Shown here piece by piece: positions 23,417-32,847 of a stretch of 64,000 bases of DNA; positions within the stretch are counted from its first letter, which is position 1, and every line of letters starts with the position of its first letter. The translations under genes were made by a program, and so were the position numbers. The stretch is taken from positions 2,688,001-2,752,000 of the forward strand of contig CBDCDZ010000004.1 of NCBI GenBank assembly GCA_965215565.1, given 5' to 3'. The DNA is from Trueperaceae bacterium. GTDB lineage: Bacteria > Deinococcota > Deinococci > Deinococcales > Trueperaceae. The notes below the pieces were generated by a model. That model saw only the letters and a list, made by a program, of their open reading frames with translations, searched no databases and had not been told where the DNA came from.

Positions 23417-24262
23417 ATGTTTCAAGAAGGACTCTTAAAGGATAAGGTTGTCCTAGTTACGGGTGGCGGGACGGGCTTGGGGCGCTCGATGTGCGAGCGG
23501 TTTTTGGCGTTGGGGGCGCGGGTTGCCATCTCGAGCCGCCGCCAAGAGGTCTTAGACCAAGCCGCCCAGGAGATGATGGACGCCACTGGCGGCGAAGTCT
23601 TCACCACCACCGTAGACGTGCGCGACCCCGAGCAAGTAAGTGAGATGATGGACGCGGTAGAGGGTCACTTCGGGCAGATTGACGTGCTGCTGAATAACGC
23701 CGCCGGTAACTTCATCTCGCCCACCGAACGCCTCTCTCACCGCGCGGTGGACGCTGTTCTCAACATCGTTTTGCACGGCACCTTTTACTGCACCCTAGAC
23801 CTCGGTAAGCGCTGGATTGAGAAGCAGCAGCCGGGCGTCGTGCTCAACATCGCCACGACCTACGCCATGACCGGCTCGGGCTACGTCGCGCCCTCGGCTG
23901 CGGCTAAAGCGGGCGTTGTGAGCCTCACCAAATCGCTCGCGGCGGAATGGGGCAAGTATAATATCCGCCTAAACGCCATCGCCCCCGGACCCTTCCCCAC
24001 CGAAGGCGCGTGGAGCCGCCTCATGCCTACCGATGAGATTCAAGAGCTGTTCGAAAAGCGCATCCCGCTGGGGCGCGTCGGACGGCACGAAGAACTCGCC
24101 AACCTCGCCTCATACCTCATCTCGGACGCTTCCGGTTTTATCACGGGCGACCTCATTCATATTGATGGGGGCGAGACGACATGGGGGGCGGGGGAGTTTA
24201 ATATTTTGGATGAGGTGACGAGTGAGCAGTGGGATAAGTTGGCGGAGATGCGCAAGGGGTAG
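23417..24262 (+). CDS. SDR oxidoreductase (2,4-dienoyl-CoA reductase-like)
   Basis: TGGGTGLG, NNAAGNF, SAAAKAGV, NAIAPGP. Confidence 0.92.
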   Translation: MFQEGLLKDKVVLVTGGGTGLGRSMCERFLALGARVAISSRRQEVLDQAAQEMMDATGGEVFTTTVDVRDPEQVSEMMDAVEGHFGQIDVLLNNAAGNFISPTERLSHRAVDAVLNIVLHGTFYCTLDLGKRWIEKQQPGVVLNIATTYAMTGSGYVAPSAAAKAGVVSLTKSLAAEWGKYNIRLNAIAPGPFPTEGAWSRLMPTDEIQELFEKRIPLGRVGRHEELANLASYLISDASGFITGDLIHIDGGETTWGAGEFNILDEVTSEQWDKLAEMRKG

Positions 24263-24264
24263 AT

Positions 24265-24504
24265 ATGAAAAGATTGATTTGCCCAAAGTCGAGAAGCGAA
24301 TTGCTTCAGCAATTTCCGATTGAAGACTATCTCGAAGGATGGTTCTTTCGAATAGAAGAAGTTTCAGCGGACGTATATCTTGTGGAAGGCTCAGATTTGT
24401 TTGGTCGGACTGTATCAAATAAAGGAACCGAGCCTGATAACCTTCTCAGGCAGTGTGTTACAGACGCCGAACTGATTAAACGCGAGTTAGAGAAGACTTC
24501 ATAG
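24265..24504 (+). CDS. Small lower-GC hypothetical protein
   Basis: Starts 2 nt after the SDR stop; GWFFRIEEVS..YLVEG.D.FGR. Confidence 0.65.
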   Translation: MKRLICPKSRSELLQQFPIEDYLEGWFFRIEEVSADVYLVEGSDLFGRTVSNKGTEPDNLLRQCVTDAELIKRELEKTS

Positions 24505-24538
24505 ATGTTGTGGCTTGCTGCTTAACTAGGCACTACGA

Positions 24539-25678
24539 GTGAGCACCCAAACTTTCCAACGCACCCGCTTCACCTGGCTCGCCTACGGAATGCTGGCGTA
24601 CTTCGCCTATTCACAGTCGGCGCTCGGCCCGACCATGCCCTTTCTACGCCGCGAACTGGGGCTCAGCTACACGGTAGGCGGACTGCACGCGAGCGCCTTT
24701 GCGCTGGGGATGGTGCTCGTCGGGCTCTTCGGTGACGGGGTAATTCGCAGGCTCGGACAGCGCCGCGCCTTTTGGGGTGGCGGCGCGGGCATGGCGGTGG
24801 GCACGCTGTTTTTAGCGACGGGGCAGAGCGCTTACGTGACGATTTTCGGTACGCTGGTGATGGGCACGCTCGGCACGCTGCTCTTCGTTATCGTGCAGGC
24901 GACGCTGTCGAACGCGCATCAACACTTTCGCCCGGTTGCGTTTATGGAGGCGAACTTGGCGGCGTCGGTGAGCGCGAGCTTCTTGCCGCTGCTAGTAGGC
25001 GGCTTTGAAGAGGTTGGGCTCGGCTGGCGCGTCGCGCTCTTTCTCGTCGTCGGGGTGTGGCTGCTGATGGCGCTGAGTTTAAGGGGAACGCCCTTTCCGC
25101 AGCCTACGGAGAGTAGCGCTGAGTCGAAACGGCTGCCCCGTATCTTTTGGCTCTACTGGGCGATTCTCTTCTTAGGGGTATCAGCGGAGTGGTGCGTGGC
25201 GCTCTGGAGTGCGGACTTTATGGTCTCGAGCCTCAACCTCACGGAAAGCCGCGCCGCCTCACTCGTCGCCGTGTTTATTGGTGCGGGCGTGGCGGGGCGT
25301 TTCGTCGGGAGCCGCTTAGCGAAAACTCAGGGAAGCCGCGCGCTCTTGCTGGTCTACCTCTTTATTCTCTTGGGGGGCTTTCCACTTTTTTGGTTAGGGA
25401 CGACGCTGCCACTCAAAATTATCGGGCTTGCCATCGTCGGCTTTGGCGCGGCGGGGCTCTTTCCGCTGGGGCTCGCCAATGCGACGGACGCTTTGCCCAA
25501 CTACGCAGACCGCATCAGCGCCCGCAGTTCATCCGCCATCGGTCTCGCCATCCTCATCAATCCGCAGCTTTTAGGAATGAGCGCGGACCTCTTTGGGATC
25601 GGGCGGGCATTCTCGTTAGTGTTGTTACTCGGGGGTTCAGCAGTGGTCCTTACGTTCGTCGCAGGTAGAAAGCGCTAA
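24539..25678 (+). CDS. MFS transporter
   Basis: About 12 hydrophobic segments, motif-A-like GLFGDGVIRRLGQR. Confidence 0.9.
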   Translation: MSTQTFQRTRFTWLAYGMLAYFAYSQSALGPTMPFLRRELGLSYTVGGLHASAFALGMVLVGLFGDGVIRRLGQRRAFWGGGAGMAVGTLFLATGQSAYVTIFGTLVMGTLGTLLFVIVQATLSNAHQHFRPVAFMEANLAASVSASFLPLLVGGFEEVGLGWRVALFLVVGVWLLMALSLRGTPFPQPTESSAESKRLPRIFWLYWAILFLGVSAEWCVALWSADFMVSSLNLTESRAASLVAVFIGAGVAGRFVGSRLAKTQGSRALLLVYLFILLGGFPLFWLGTTLPLKIIGLAIVGFGAAGLFPLGLANATDALPNYADRISARSSSAIGLAILINPQLLGMSADLFGIGRAFSLVLLLGGSAVVLTFVAGRKR

Positions 25679-26094
25679 AGCTGGTCACCTGTGGGCAACT
25701 CTAAGCGGAAGGTGCCCGAGGTGTCCTCCAGGGTCAGCTTCACGCGGTAAATCCCCTGACCTCTTTTAAGCATCTGTGAGAGGTCGACCTCTTCGCCCTT
25801 GTAATAAGTTTGCCTGAACATAACGCGCTCGGGTCCGCCCGCTTTGCCGGTCTGGAAGCTGCTCTGCTTCTCATACGTGCCTTCAACGGTGAGCGTGCCG
25901 CGCTTGACTTCGCCGCTCAGGATCAGAGGAAAGCCGTCCGCTGAGGTGACGCGCCGCATGTAAGAGGCGTCCGTCGTCGTTTTGTAGGCGAGGATGGGCG
26001 TCTGCGGCGGGACGCCCACGTACCAGCCGCGCCACTCGCCCACCCCGAAAAAGACTACAGCACAGAAGACGAGGAAGATGAGGAAGTCGCGCAT
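25675..26094 (-). CDS. Hypothetical membrane-anchored/secreted protein
   Basis: N-terminal hydrophobic helix, beta-rich body; TATCAT 6 nt before ATG. Confidence 0.75.
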   Translation of the reverse strand: MRDFLIFLVFCAVVFFGVGEWRGWYVGVPPQTPILAYKTTTDASYMRRVTSADGFPLILSGEVKRGTLTVEGTYEKQSSFQTGKAGGPERVMFRQTYYKGEEVDLSQMLKRGQGIYRVKLTLEDTSGTFRLELPTGDQL

Positions 26095-26155
26095 GAGGTC
26101 ATGATAGAGCGTGACCTCTCAAGATGCTCGTAAAAATTTCGCTTGTGCCGAAGTT

Positions 26156-26521
26156 CTAAATATTGAACCCGAACATCCGCATCTGCTTCTTGCCGTCATC
26201 CGACATCTTCTCCGGTGACCAGGGCGGCGACCACACGAACTCGACGTTGACTTTTTTCACGCCGTCAACTTTCATGCAGGCGAGTTCGGCGTCCGCTTGA
26301 ATCATGTCCTGGACGGGGCAACCCATGCTGGTCAAGGTCATCTCGATATCGACTTCGCCTTCGTCTTTGACGTCGACGCTGTAGATGAGTCCCAAGTCCA
26401 CGACGTTCACGGGGATTTCGGGGTCTTTCACGACTTTGAGCGCCTCTAAAAGCGTCTCTTCGGTGGGCACGTTCGCGCTTCCGTTTTGCTCGGCTGGAGG
26501 GTGTGTCGCTTGTTCACTCAT
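26156..26521 (-). CDS. DUF59/SufT-like Fe-S cluster assembly factor
   Basis: DPEIPVNVVDLGLIY, TLTSMGCP, WSPPW; TACGCT 6 nt before ATG 26521. Confidence 0.92.
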   Translation of the reverse strand: MSEQATHPPAEQNGSANVPTEETLLEALKVVKDPEIPVNVVDLGLIYSVDVKDEGEVDIEMTLTSMGCPVQDMIQADAELACMKVDGVKKVNVEFVWSPPWSPEKMSDDGKKQMRMFGFNI

Positions 26522-26579
26522 AGCTTTAGCGTAGCAGATAGAGAGGCGAGTTCCGTCACTTTGCAGAACAAGTGAAGGA

Positions 26580-26690
26580 AGCAATGAGTTGAAAGCAATC
26601 CAGTCAAGCTGGTGCGCGTTAGCCTCCGAAGGAACGAACGGTGAGCAATGAGTTTTTGGTTTTTACTCGTTACTCATTGCTCGTTGCTTT
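26580..26690. repeat. (GCAATGA)-type inverted heptamer repeat with ~36-nt insert
   Basis: AGTTGAAAGCAAT[insert]GAACGGTGAGCAATGAGTTTTTGGTTTTTACTCGTTACTCATTGCTC; same family as 1568-1658. Confidence 0.75.
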
Positions 26691-26694
26691 TTCC

Positions 26695-27303
26695 TTACGG
26701 TACTCGCTTCACCTCTTTGTCAACGATGGTGATGTCCGGCTTGGTAGACATGTTGGCTGAAGACGTAGCGGTGCTGGGCGTCCCGGACCCGGAGGAGGGT
26801 AGGCTCTTTCTTAGAGAGGTTTCGACTTGGGCGATGTCGGCGGCGAGTTCGTTGCGCATCAGGAGGACGCGCTCTTCTAAGCGCTCGACTTGGGCGCGTT
26901 CGTGCGCCTCGATGTGGCTGGTGTGCTCGCTGACGACGGTGCGAAAGCCGCTGTCGCTCTCAGACATACGGGTTTCTAAGCCGTCGAGTTTCTTGCCTAT
27001 GCGCTCCTCGAGCCCCGCGAGGTCTTCGTTGCGGCGTCTGTCGAGTTGGGCGCGTAAATGGTCATTCTGCTTCTCTAGGTGGGTGATCTGCCTAAGTTGT
27101 CCCGCCCGCCTAAAGAGTGAGAGCAACAAAAAGAGCAAACACGCGGCGAGAATCGCGCCGATGAGGAAGAGCCCTAGCGGAAGCTGGACCTGGAAAAAGA
27201 GGAAGTTGATGGGCAAGTAGGTGGATAGCGCCCCCCAGTTAAACGCGGCAAAGATAACCGTCAAGACGATAAGCGCGGTGACGAGGGTTCCTTTTGACTT
27301 CAT
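26695..27303 (-). CDS. LapA-domain membrane protein with coiled coil
   Basis: TM, FNW..INFLF..QLPLGL, TM, coiled coil; GGAAGGAG RBS. Confidence 0.75.
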   Translation of the reverse strand: MKSKGTLVTALIVLTVIFAAFNWGALSTYLPINFLFFQVQLPLGLFLIGAILAACLLFLLLSLFRRAGQLRQITHLEKQNDHLRAQLDRRRNEDLAGLEERIGKKLDGLETRMSESDSGFRTVVSEHTSHIEAHERAQVERLEERVLLMRNELAADIAQVETSLRKSLPSSGSGTPSTATSSANMSTKPDITIVDKEVKRVP

Positions 27304-27358
27304 CCGATCTCCTTCCAATCTTGTGGCTTTCATTCAAGCAATTCTTGTTTAGATGTCA

Positions 27359-27519
27359 CAGCAGTTCCACGCTTCGCCGCACTAAGTGAGGGCGTTGCTT
27401 CGCAGAACTTCGTACACTATTTCTTCAAGGCTTGCGCGTCACTTCGCTCCCACTGGCGACTTCGTGAACGCATCCGCTCGTACGTTTCATTGCTGTAGCA
27501 ATGAAACGTGGAAATGCTA
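27359..27519. mobile_element. Degenerate composite MITE-related element filled with hairpin micro-inserts
   Basis: Ends CAGCAGTTCCACG / CGTGGAAATGCTA; AGCAATGAAACGTGGAAATGCTA matches 41881-41903; contains GTTGCTTCGCAGAACTTCGT. Confidence 0.55.
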
Positions 27520-27723
27520 TCAGTATAGCGCCTCGTGTAGACGAGGGGACCGCCCCTTTGCTCCTATAACATACCTCGTATTCTCTGAGAAAAGCGGTGA
27601 AGCGCACATAAATTTTAGGTTGACGTGAAACGTAGGGAAAGAAGGTGCCAGATACTGAGTTATACCTTCCGATATGAAACACCTCTTACCTTTTAGACCT
27701 AGCCAACGCGCCATACTAAAGTT

Positions 27724-28323
27724 ATGACCAAAACGCTAAACACTGCGCTGCGGCGCTTTCTCGCTCTGCTCGCCGTTCTCCTCACGGTCACCGTCATGGC
27801 GACGACGTACCGCGCTGAGTTGGGGGGCGAGAGCTTCGTCGAGTACGAAGCTTCTGACCCGAACACCACGTGGCAGGGGCGTGCGCCTTTAGAAACGCTC
27901 GAGCTGACGTTCGACGACGAGGCGCTCAGCGAGCTGAGCCTCGAGGCTACCTTAGACCCTGGCAAATTCAATTCGGGCAACGTGATTCGCGACGCCAACG
28001 CGCGGCGCGGCGTCTTCGAGACGGGGCAGTATCCGACAATCACCTTGAGCGCTCAAGGGGTTCAGGCGGACGCGGCGAGCTTGGCTGAAGGTGAGACGAA
28101 GCGTGTGGAGCTTGTAGGGCGGCTCGAGCTGCACGGCGTGACGAACGAGGTCACGGTGCCAGCCGAGGTCTCGCGCGAGAACGGCACCCTCCGCGCGGCG
28201 GGTGCGTTTGGTGTGCTCCTGAGCGACTACGACATGAACCGTCCGAGCTTTTTGGGCACGACGGTGGACGACGAGGTGACGGTGCGCTTCGACGTGGTGG
28301 GTACGTTACGGGAGGTTGAGTAG
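27724..28323 (+). CDS. YceI family protein
   Basis: Signal peptide, SGNVIRD, YPTIT, GRLELHGVT; CATACT 6 nt before ATG. Confidence 0.9.
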   Translation: MTKTLNTALRRFLALLAVLLTVTVMATTYRAELGGESFVEYEASDPNTTWQGRAPLETLELTFDDEALSELSLEATLDPGKFNSGNVIRDANARRGVFETGQYPTITLSAQGVQADAASLAEGETKRVELVGRLELHGVTNEVTVPAEVSRENGTLRAAGAFGVLLSDYDMNRPSFLGTTVDDEVTVRFDVVGTLREVE

Positions 28324-28329
28324 TTGCTG

Positions 28330-30093
28330 TTAGCGCCTCGAGACCCAGCCGCCGCCCCGGGCCTGTGACCACAGGAGCCACTCGCCGACGAGCACGAGCA
28401 GCGCGGCGAGGGTGAGCCAGAGCCCCAAGTTGCGCCTGCGTTCGGTGCTAACGGTGAGGGGCGACGCCTCGCTGTTTTGAGCGCTCGGCAAGCTGCTCTC
28501 TAGGCGCGACTCCGCTGCGCTCAGAAGACTCACGCTGTAGGGTGCGCCGCCTACGGTGTAGATACCCGGCTCCGTCGCTCGAGCGACACCGTCCGCCGCG
28601 CCCGCCGCTTCACCCACTGTCCCATCTGCTGTTTCACCCGCCGTTTCACTAGGTAGTGGCGCGCCGAGCGGTAAGCGCGGCTCGCCGCGAAAGGTGCTCA
28701 TGAGGTTCGCCATGAGGATGGGGAAGGCGACGCGCCGTACTAGATCGGTCTGGGAGGGGTGAAAGCGCAGCCAGAACGCCTCGACACCCGGCTCGCTCAG
28801 GTGCAGCGCGGCGGGGGAGAGGTCACTCGTTTCGGCGAGCGTGCGCCAGTCGCCTGTAGGGGAAGCGTCCTCCGGCGGCAAACCCACCGTCACGCCGGTC
28901 AGATCGACGAAGCGCAGGAGCGGGTTGCTCCGGTCCCAGTCGGCAATTTGCGCGTAGCGCGGCTCCTCGCTCGGCGGGCTGAAGAAGAGGTAGCGCCCCG
29001 GCGAAAGGGTTTCGGGCGGGGCGCTAGAGGAGACCAGAACGTCGTAGGCTAGCCCCTCTTGCACCGTCTGCACGCTCCGCACGGACATGCCCGGCAAAAC
29101 GCGCAAGACGCGCTCCAAACGCGGCGTCGGCGGCGTCACCACCACGTTCAGGGTGCGGCTGCCTGCGAAGGCTTCGTCGTCGAGGGCGAGCGCGTCCCCG
29201 CCCGGCACCTCCAACGCGGCGCGGTAGAAACCTGTCATGTCCTCTACGGGGAATGAGGTGTTTGCCTGCCCCTGGCTCGGCACGAGCAGCGAGGTCTGCG
29301 CGACGATTCTGCCATCATCTGCTTCACTCCCGTCCGCCCCGCCGCTCCTCGTGACGCTCAGCGTGACCTCCTGCGGGCGGCGCGCGCTGCTCACCACCGA
29401 GACGAAGAGCTGCTGGTTGCGCAAATCGAACGCGCTGATGCCCCAGTTGGCGGGGCGCTCAGCAGGGGCGGCACTCTCGGACGCGCCGGCTCGAATGGCA
29501 GGGTGAAACGTGAAGTCGGTCTCGGGCGGGGGGCTCACACCCGCTAAGTTGTCGCTAAAGAGGTGCAGTTCTGCGCCGGGCGCGACTGCGGCGGCTAGGT
29601 CAACCGCGCGCTGCAAGTCGGCGCTGGCGTCCGCCGCGCGGAGGTCCGCCAAGGCGCGGCGGACAGCGGCCTCGTTGGCGCTGAGCGGCTGCCACGTGGT
29701 GGCGTCTAAGCCGGCGCGGACGATGGCGACGCGCCCGGCACCGCCTATGAGGTCCGCCGCTTGCGCCTTGGCGCTCTCCAGCCGTGCGCCGCCGCCCCCA
29801 CGCGCCGCCATGCTCGCCGAAGCGTCGAGGATCAGCACGCGCTCCGGCGCGCCGCCCGCGTTCAGGCTGGGCTGTGCCAGAGCGAGCGCCGCTAAACTCA
29901 CGAAGAGGAGCTGTAAAGCGAGCAGCCACGTCGGGGAGAAGCGGCGGCGGCGCTCGGCGAGCTGCGCGGCTTGCCGCCACAAAAAGAGTGCCGACACGTC
30001 TACGCGCTCCCGCCTGCTGCGCACGAAGTGCAGCGCCACCACAGCGGGTAACGCGAGCAGCAGCCACAGAAATTGCGGCGCGAGAAAGCTCAT
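28330..30093 (-). CDS. BatA + vWA domain membrane protein
   Basis: MSFLAPQFLWLLLALP BatA start, LALAQP, DASASM MIDAS, C-terminal TM with EW. Confidence 0.88.
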   Translation of the reverse strand: MSFLAPQFLWLLLALPAVVALHFVRSRRERVDVSALFLWRQAAQLAERRRRFSPTWLLALQLLFVSLAALALAQPSLNAGGAPERVLILDASASMAARGGGGARLESAKAQAADLIGGAGRVAIVRAGLDATTWQPLSANEAAVRRALADLRAADASADLQRAVDLAAAVAPGAELHLFSDNLAGVSPPPETDFTFHPAIRAGASESAAPAERPANWGISAFDLRNQQLFVSVVSSARRPQEVTLSVTRSGGADGSEADDGRIVAQTSLLVPSQGQANTSFPVEDMTGFYRAALEVPGGDALALDDEAFAGSRTLNVVVTPPTPRLERVLRVLPGMSVRSVQTVQEGLAYDVLVSSSAPPETLSPGRYLFFSPPSEEPRYAQIADWDRSNPLLRFVDLTGVTVGLPPEDASPTGDWRTLAETSDLSPAALHLSEPGVEAFWLRFHPSQTDLVRRVAFPILMANLMSTFRGEPRLPLGAPLPSETAGETADGTVGEAAGAADGVARATEPGIYTVGGAPYSVSLLSAAESRLESSLPSAQNSEASPLTVSTERRRNLGLWLTLAALLVLVGEWLLWSQARGGGWVSRR

Positions 30094-30256
30094 TGGAGCA
30101 GGCTCCGGGGGTGTATCATAGGTTTATTGTAGCAGTGCGGCGTCGGCTGAAAGGTAAAGGAGAGAGGGGATTCAAGGAGAACCGCTACCTCTCCTCATTT
30201 CCCTGTCGCTCCACCTAAAAGTCACAACAAGCGTACGACACCCTCAGGAGGACCCC

Positions 30257-30835
30257 GTGAAAACCCGCCTCAAAAATCACCCCGAGCCGCTTCCCATCGG
30301 CGCGAGCGCGCCCGACTTCGCGCTGCTTGGCGTGGACGACAAACCCTACCGTCTCAGCGACGTTGACGCGCCCGTCTTCGTCTACGTCCAGGGCTGCAAC
30401 CACTGCCCTTACGTCCTCGCGGCTTTGGACAGGCTGAAGAGGTTGGCGAGCGAGTACGGCGCTAAGGGTGTTCAGTTCGTGATGGTCAACTCGAACGACG
30501 CAGCGCAATACCCCGACGACAGCTTTGGGGCGATGCAGGCGTTTTCGGAGGCGCACGCGCTCCCCTTCCCATACCTTTACGACGAGACACAAGAGGTCGC
30601 GAAGGCGTACCGCACCTTTCGCACGCCCGAGCTGCTCGTCTTTGATGAGAGGCGCACGCTCGCCTATCACGGCAGGATCGACGACAACCTCAAAGAACCC
30701 GAGAAAGCGCGCACCCACGAATTGCAAGACGCGCTCGACGCCCTGCTGAGCGGCGAAGCCGTCGCGGAGCCCGAGACGTACGCCGCGGGCTGCACCGTGA
30801 AGTGGAAGCCCGGCAACGAGCCCTGGTTGGAGTAA
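30257..30835 (+). CDS. Thioredoxin family / AhpC-TSA protein
   Basis: APDF.L, CNHCPYV, YPDDS, YHGRIDD, GCTVKW. Confidence 0.92.
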   Translation: MKTRLKNHPEPLPIGASAPDFALLGVDDKPYRLSDVDAPVFVYVQGCNHCPYVLAALDRLKRLASEYGAKGVQFVMVNSNDAAQYPDDSFGAMQAFSEAHALPFPYLYDETQEVAKAYRTFRTPELLVFDERRTLAYHGRIDDNLKEPEKARTHELQDALDALLSGEAVAEPETYAAGCTVKWKPGNEPWLE

Positions 30836-30967
30836 AGGCACTTCGAAGTCTGTGAAGCGCCGATGGGGTAGACTTGGTGGCTGTTTCTTGGTTGGATGAC
30901 CTCTTCCAACCCGCAGTATCTCGAGGTGTTTAGGCTCGAGCAGGGCTCGAGCCCCAGAAGGAGACCT

Positions 30968-31180
30968 ATGGCTGAACCCAACAAAGAAGCCCCCGGCGAG
31001 GTACGCTCGAACTTGCAAGTCGTCGTGCGCATCGTGCTCGTCCTCGTCGTTGTTGCGCTGCTCATCGGCTTAGTCGTCGCCCTGGTGCGCCTTTTGAGCC
31101 GCCCCAACGTAGTAGAGGACGCTCTCAACGCTGCGCCCCACATCGCACACTTCCTAAACCATGCGCTAGGGCTAAGCTAG
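30968..31180 (+). CDS. Small single-pass membrane protein
   Basis: AAGGAG RBS, long hydrophobic stretch, stop overlaps next start. Confidence 0.65.
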   Translation: MAEPNKEAPGEVRSNLQVVVRIVLVLVVVALLIGLVVALVRLLSRPNVVEDALNAAPHIAHFLNHALGLS

Positions 31181-31659
31181 TGAGCGATGAAACGCTCCGC
31201 GAAGAGGTCATCAAACTTTTGCGCGGGGCGCAGGCACACGTGACTTTAGAGCACGCCCTAGAGGACCTTAAACCGGAGTGGCGGGCGCACCGCCACCCCG
31301 GCCTCCACTCGATCTGGCAACTTCTGGAACACACGCGCGTGGCGCAAGAGGATATTTTGCGCTACACCACGGACCCGGCGTGGACGTCGCCTGAGTGGCC
31401 GGGCGAATACTGGCCTGAAAACCTCTCCTTTCTACCCGAAGAGACGTGGCAAGAGACCCGCAGGGGGTTTGAAAGCGGTTTAGACGAGGCGGTCGCGCTA
31501 GCACAGGACGCCGAACGCATTCCTGACCTGACCGCGAGCATCCCGCACGGCGAAGGGCGTACCTATTTGCGCCAACTCCTGCTCATCGCTGACCACAACG
31601 CCTATCATCTAGGGCAGATCGTCGCGGTCCGTAAGATGTTGGGACAGTGGCACGCTTAG
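31180..31659 (+). CDS. DinB family protein
   Basis: HSIWQLLEH, WPGEYWP, DHNAYHLGQ. Confidence 0.9.
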   Translation: MSDETLREEVIKLLRGAQAHVTLEHALEDLKPEWRAHRHPGLHSIWQLLEHTRVAQEDILRYTTDPAWTSPEWPGEYWPENLSFLPEETWQETRRGFESGLDEAVALAQDAERIPDLTASIPHGEGRTYLRQLLLIADHNAYHLGQIVAVRKMLGQWHA

Positions 31660-31665
31660 CCGTCC

Positions 31666-31705
31666 AAAAAACAGCCCACAAGAACCGCATAGGGTCCTGT
31701 GGGCT
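31666..31705 (-). terminator. Intrinsic terminator
   Basis: AGCCCACAGGACC...GGTTCTTGTGGGCT then GTTTTTT on the minus strand. Confidence 0.6.
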
Positions 31706-31802
31706 CTAGCCCCCCGGCGAAGTACGGCAGTTGCGCCGTAGCTTCATTAAAGCAGATAACACCCTCTTGTACTAGTGATATAGGGCTCAGTTAAAGGGGT
31801 AC

Positions 31803-32045
31803 TCACGCATCATGCGTGCGCTTAGATTCAGGCGCGGGGCGCTGCAGCAAGAAAAGTTGCTCCAAGAGGACGGTGCGCTGCCAGGGCTCGAGCCGCTCGT
31901 CGCGCCGCACGATGTAGCCAAGCTCCCGAAGCCGCGTCTCTAACTCTTTTTCTGAAAACTCCTTCGCCGATGCGGACTCCGCTGTGGGCCCTAGCGAAGC
32001 GTCTAGACGTTCTAAAAGTTTGAAATACTCCCCAAAATGCGTCAT
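31803..32045 (-). CDS. Hypothetical protein
   Basis: Helical ORF with GGGGGTGGAG before ATG; terminator downstream. Confidence 0.5.
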   Translation of the reverse strand: MTHFGEYFKLLERLDASLGPTAESASAKEFSEKELETRLRELGYIVRRDERLEPWQRTVLLEQLFLLQRPAPESKRTHDA

Positions 32046-32283
32046 CTCCACCCCCAAAGTAGACGTGCGACAGCCCAGAAGACTCTTGAAGTTGACTCTA
32101 TCAACCTCTTAGCTAAGTCTTATAGACTGCTGTTTACCTCTAAGAGTACACAAAAAGGAAAGTTGTGTATAGAGGTAGATGTACCTATAGCAAGTCCCTT
32201 CAGTTACGAAGTTTCCCTTTCGCCTTGCTGCTTCACTCCCCCTGGGCAAAAACGGTGTAATACGGGTTCTGATTGATTACCTA

Positions 32284-32539
32284 TAACGGTTCCAAGACAT
32301 ACTGAGACAGATGAGCGCTTTCCGTAGGCTTTCGCCAAAGGCGGGAGACGGAAGTTTTGGCAACGCTAAAGGCGTCATCACCAAACGTGCGTGCTACGTT
32401 TCTGAAAGCTGCTCCGCGGAAGCGAGCAGTCTGAAAGCCCGCAGGGACGCAAGTTTGCTGCCTAGTAACGCCACTTCGAACAGTGAGAACATTTCAAACT
32501 AGCTCCGAACGTTAGTGAGACAGACTTTGATACCTGCTA
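32284..32539 (+). mobile_element. MITE-family copy expanded by three insert blocks
   Basis: Collinear with 9091-9201 except for inserts after GAGCGC, after GTGCTA and at 32503-32527. Confidence 0.8.
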
Positions 32540-32542
32540 CTA

Positions 32543-32653
32543 CAGCGGTTAGCAGAAGTACTGAGCTTGAATCACGCAGGTATCATCTCATGATGTGCGT
32601 GCTGCACAGTGTTTTATCTCGTGAGATTGGCTCAAACCAGATGATACCTGCTA
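32543..32653 (+). mobile_element. 111-bp MITE-family copy (full length), tandem to previous
   Basis: TA|CAGCGGTTAGC...GCAGGTATCATC...GATGATACCTGCTA|TA. Confidence 0.88.
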
Positions 32654-32847
32654 TACATAAACTCCGTTATGGAATTTTGCTTTCCTGGAGGGAAACTTCG
32701 TAACCAGCAAACGCTTCGGGTTGGCTAGCTGGACCTTATCTGAAACAAGGGGTTGAAACCCCTTATCGTCGCGTGAAGACAGCAGAAGGAGGGCGGCATT
32801 CGACTTTTACGTTTCGCCGCGTTCTATCCTCGCTGTTCTATCCTCAC

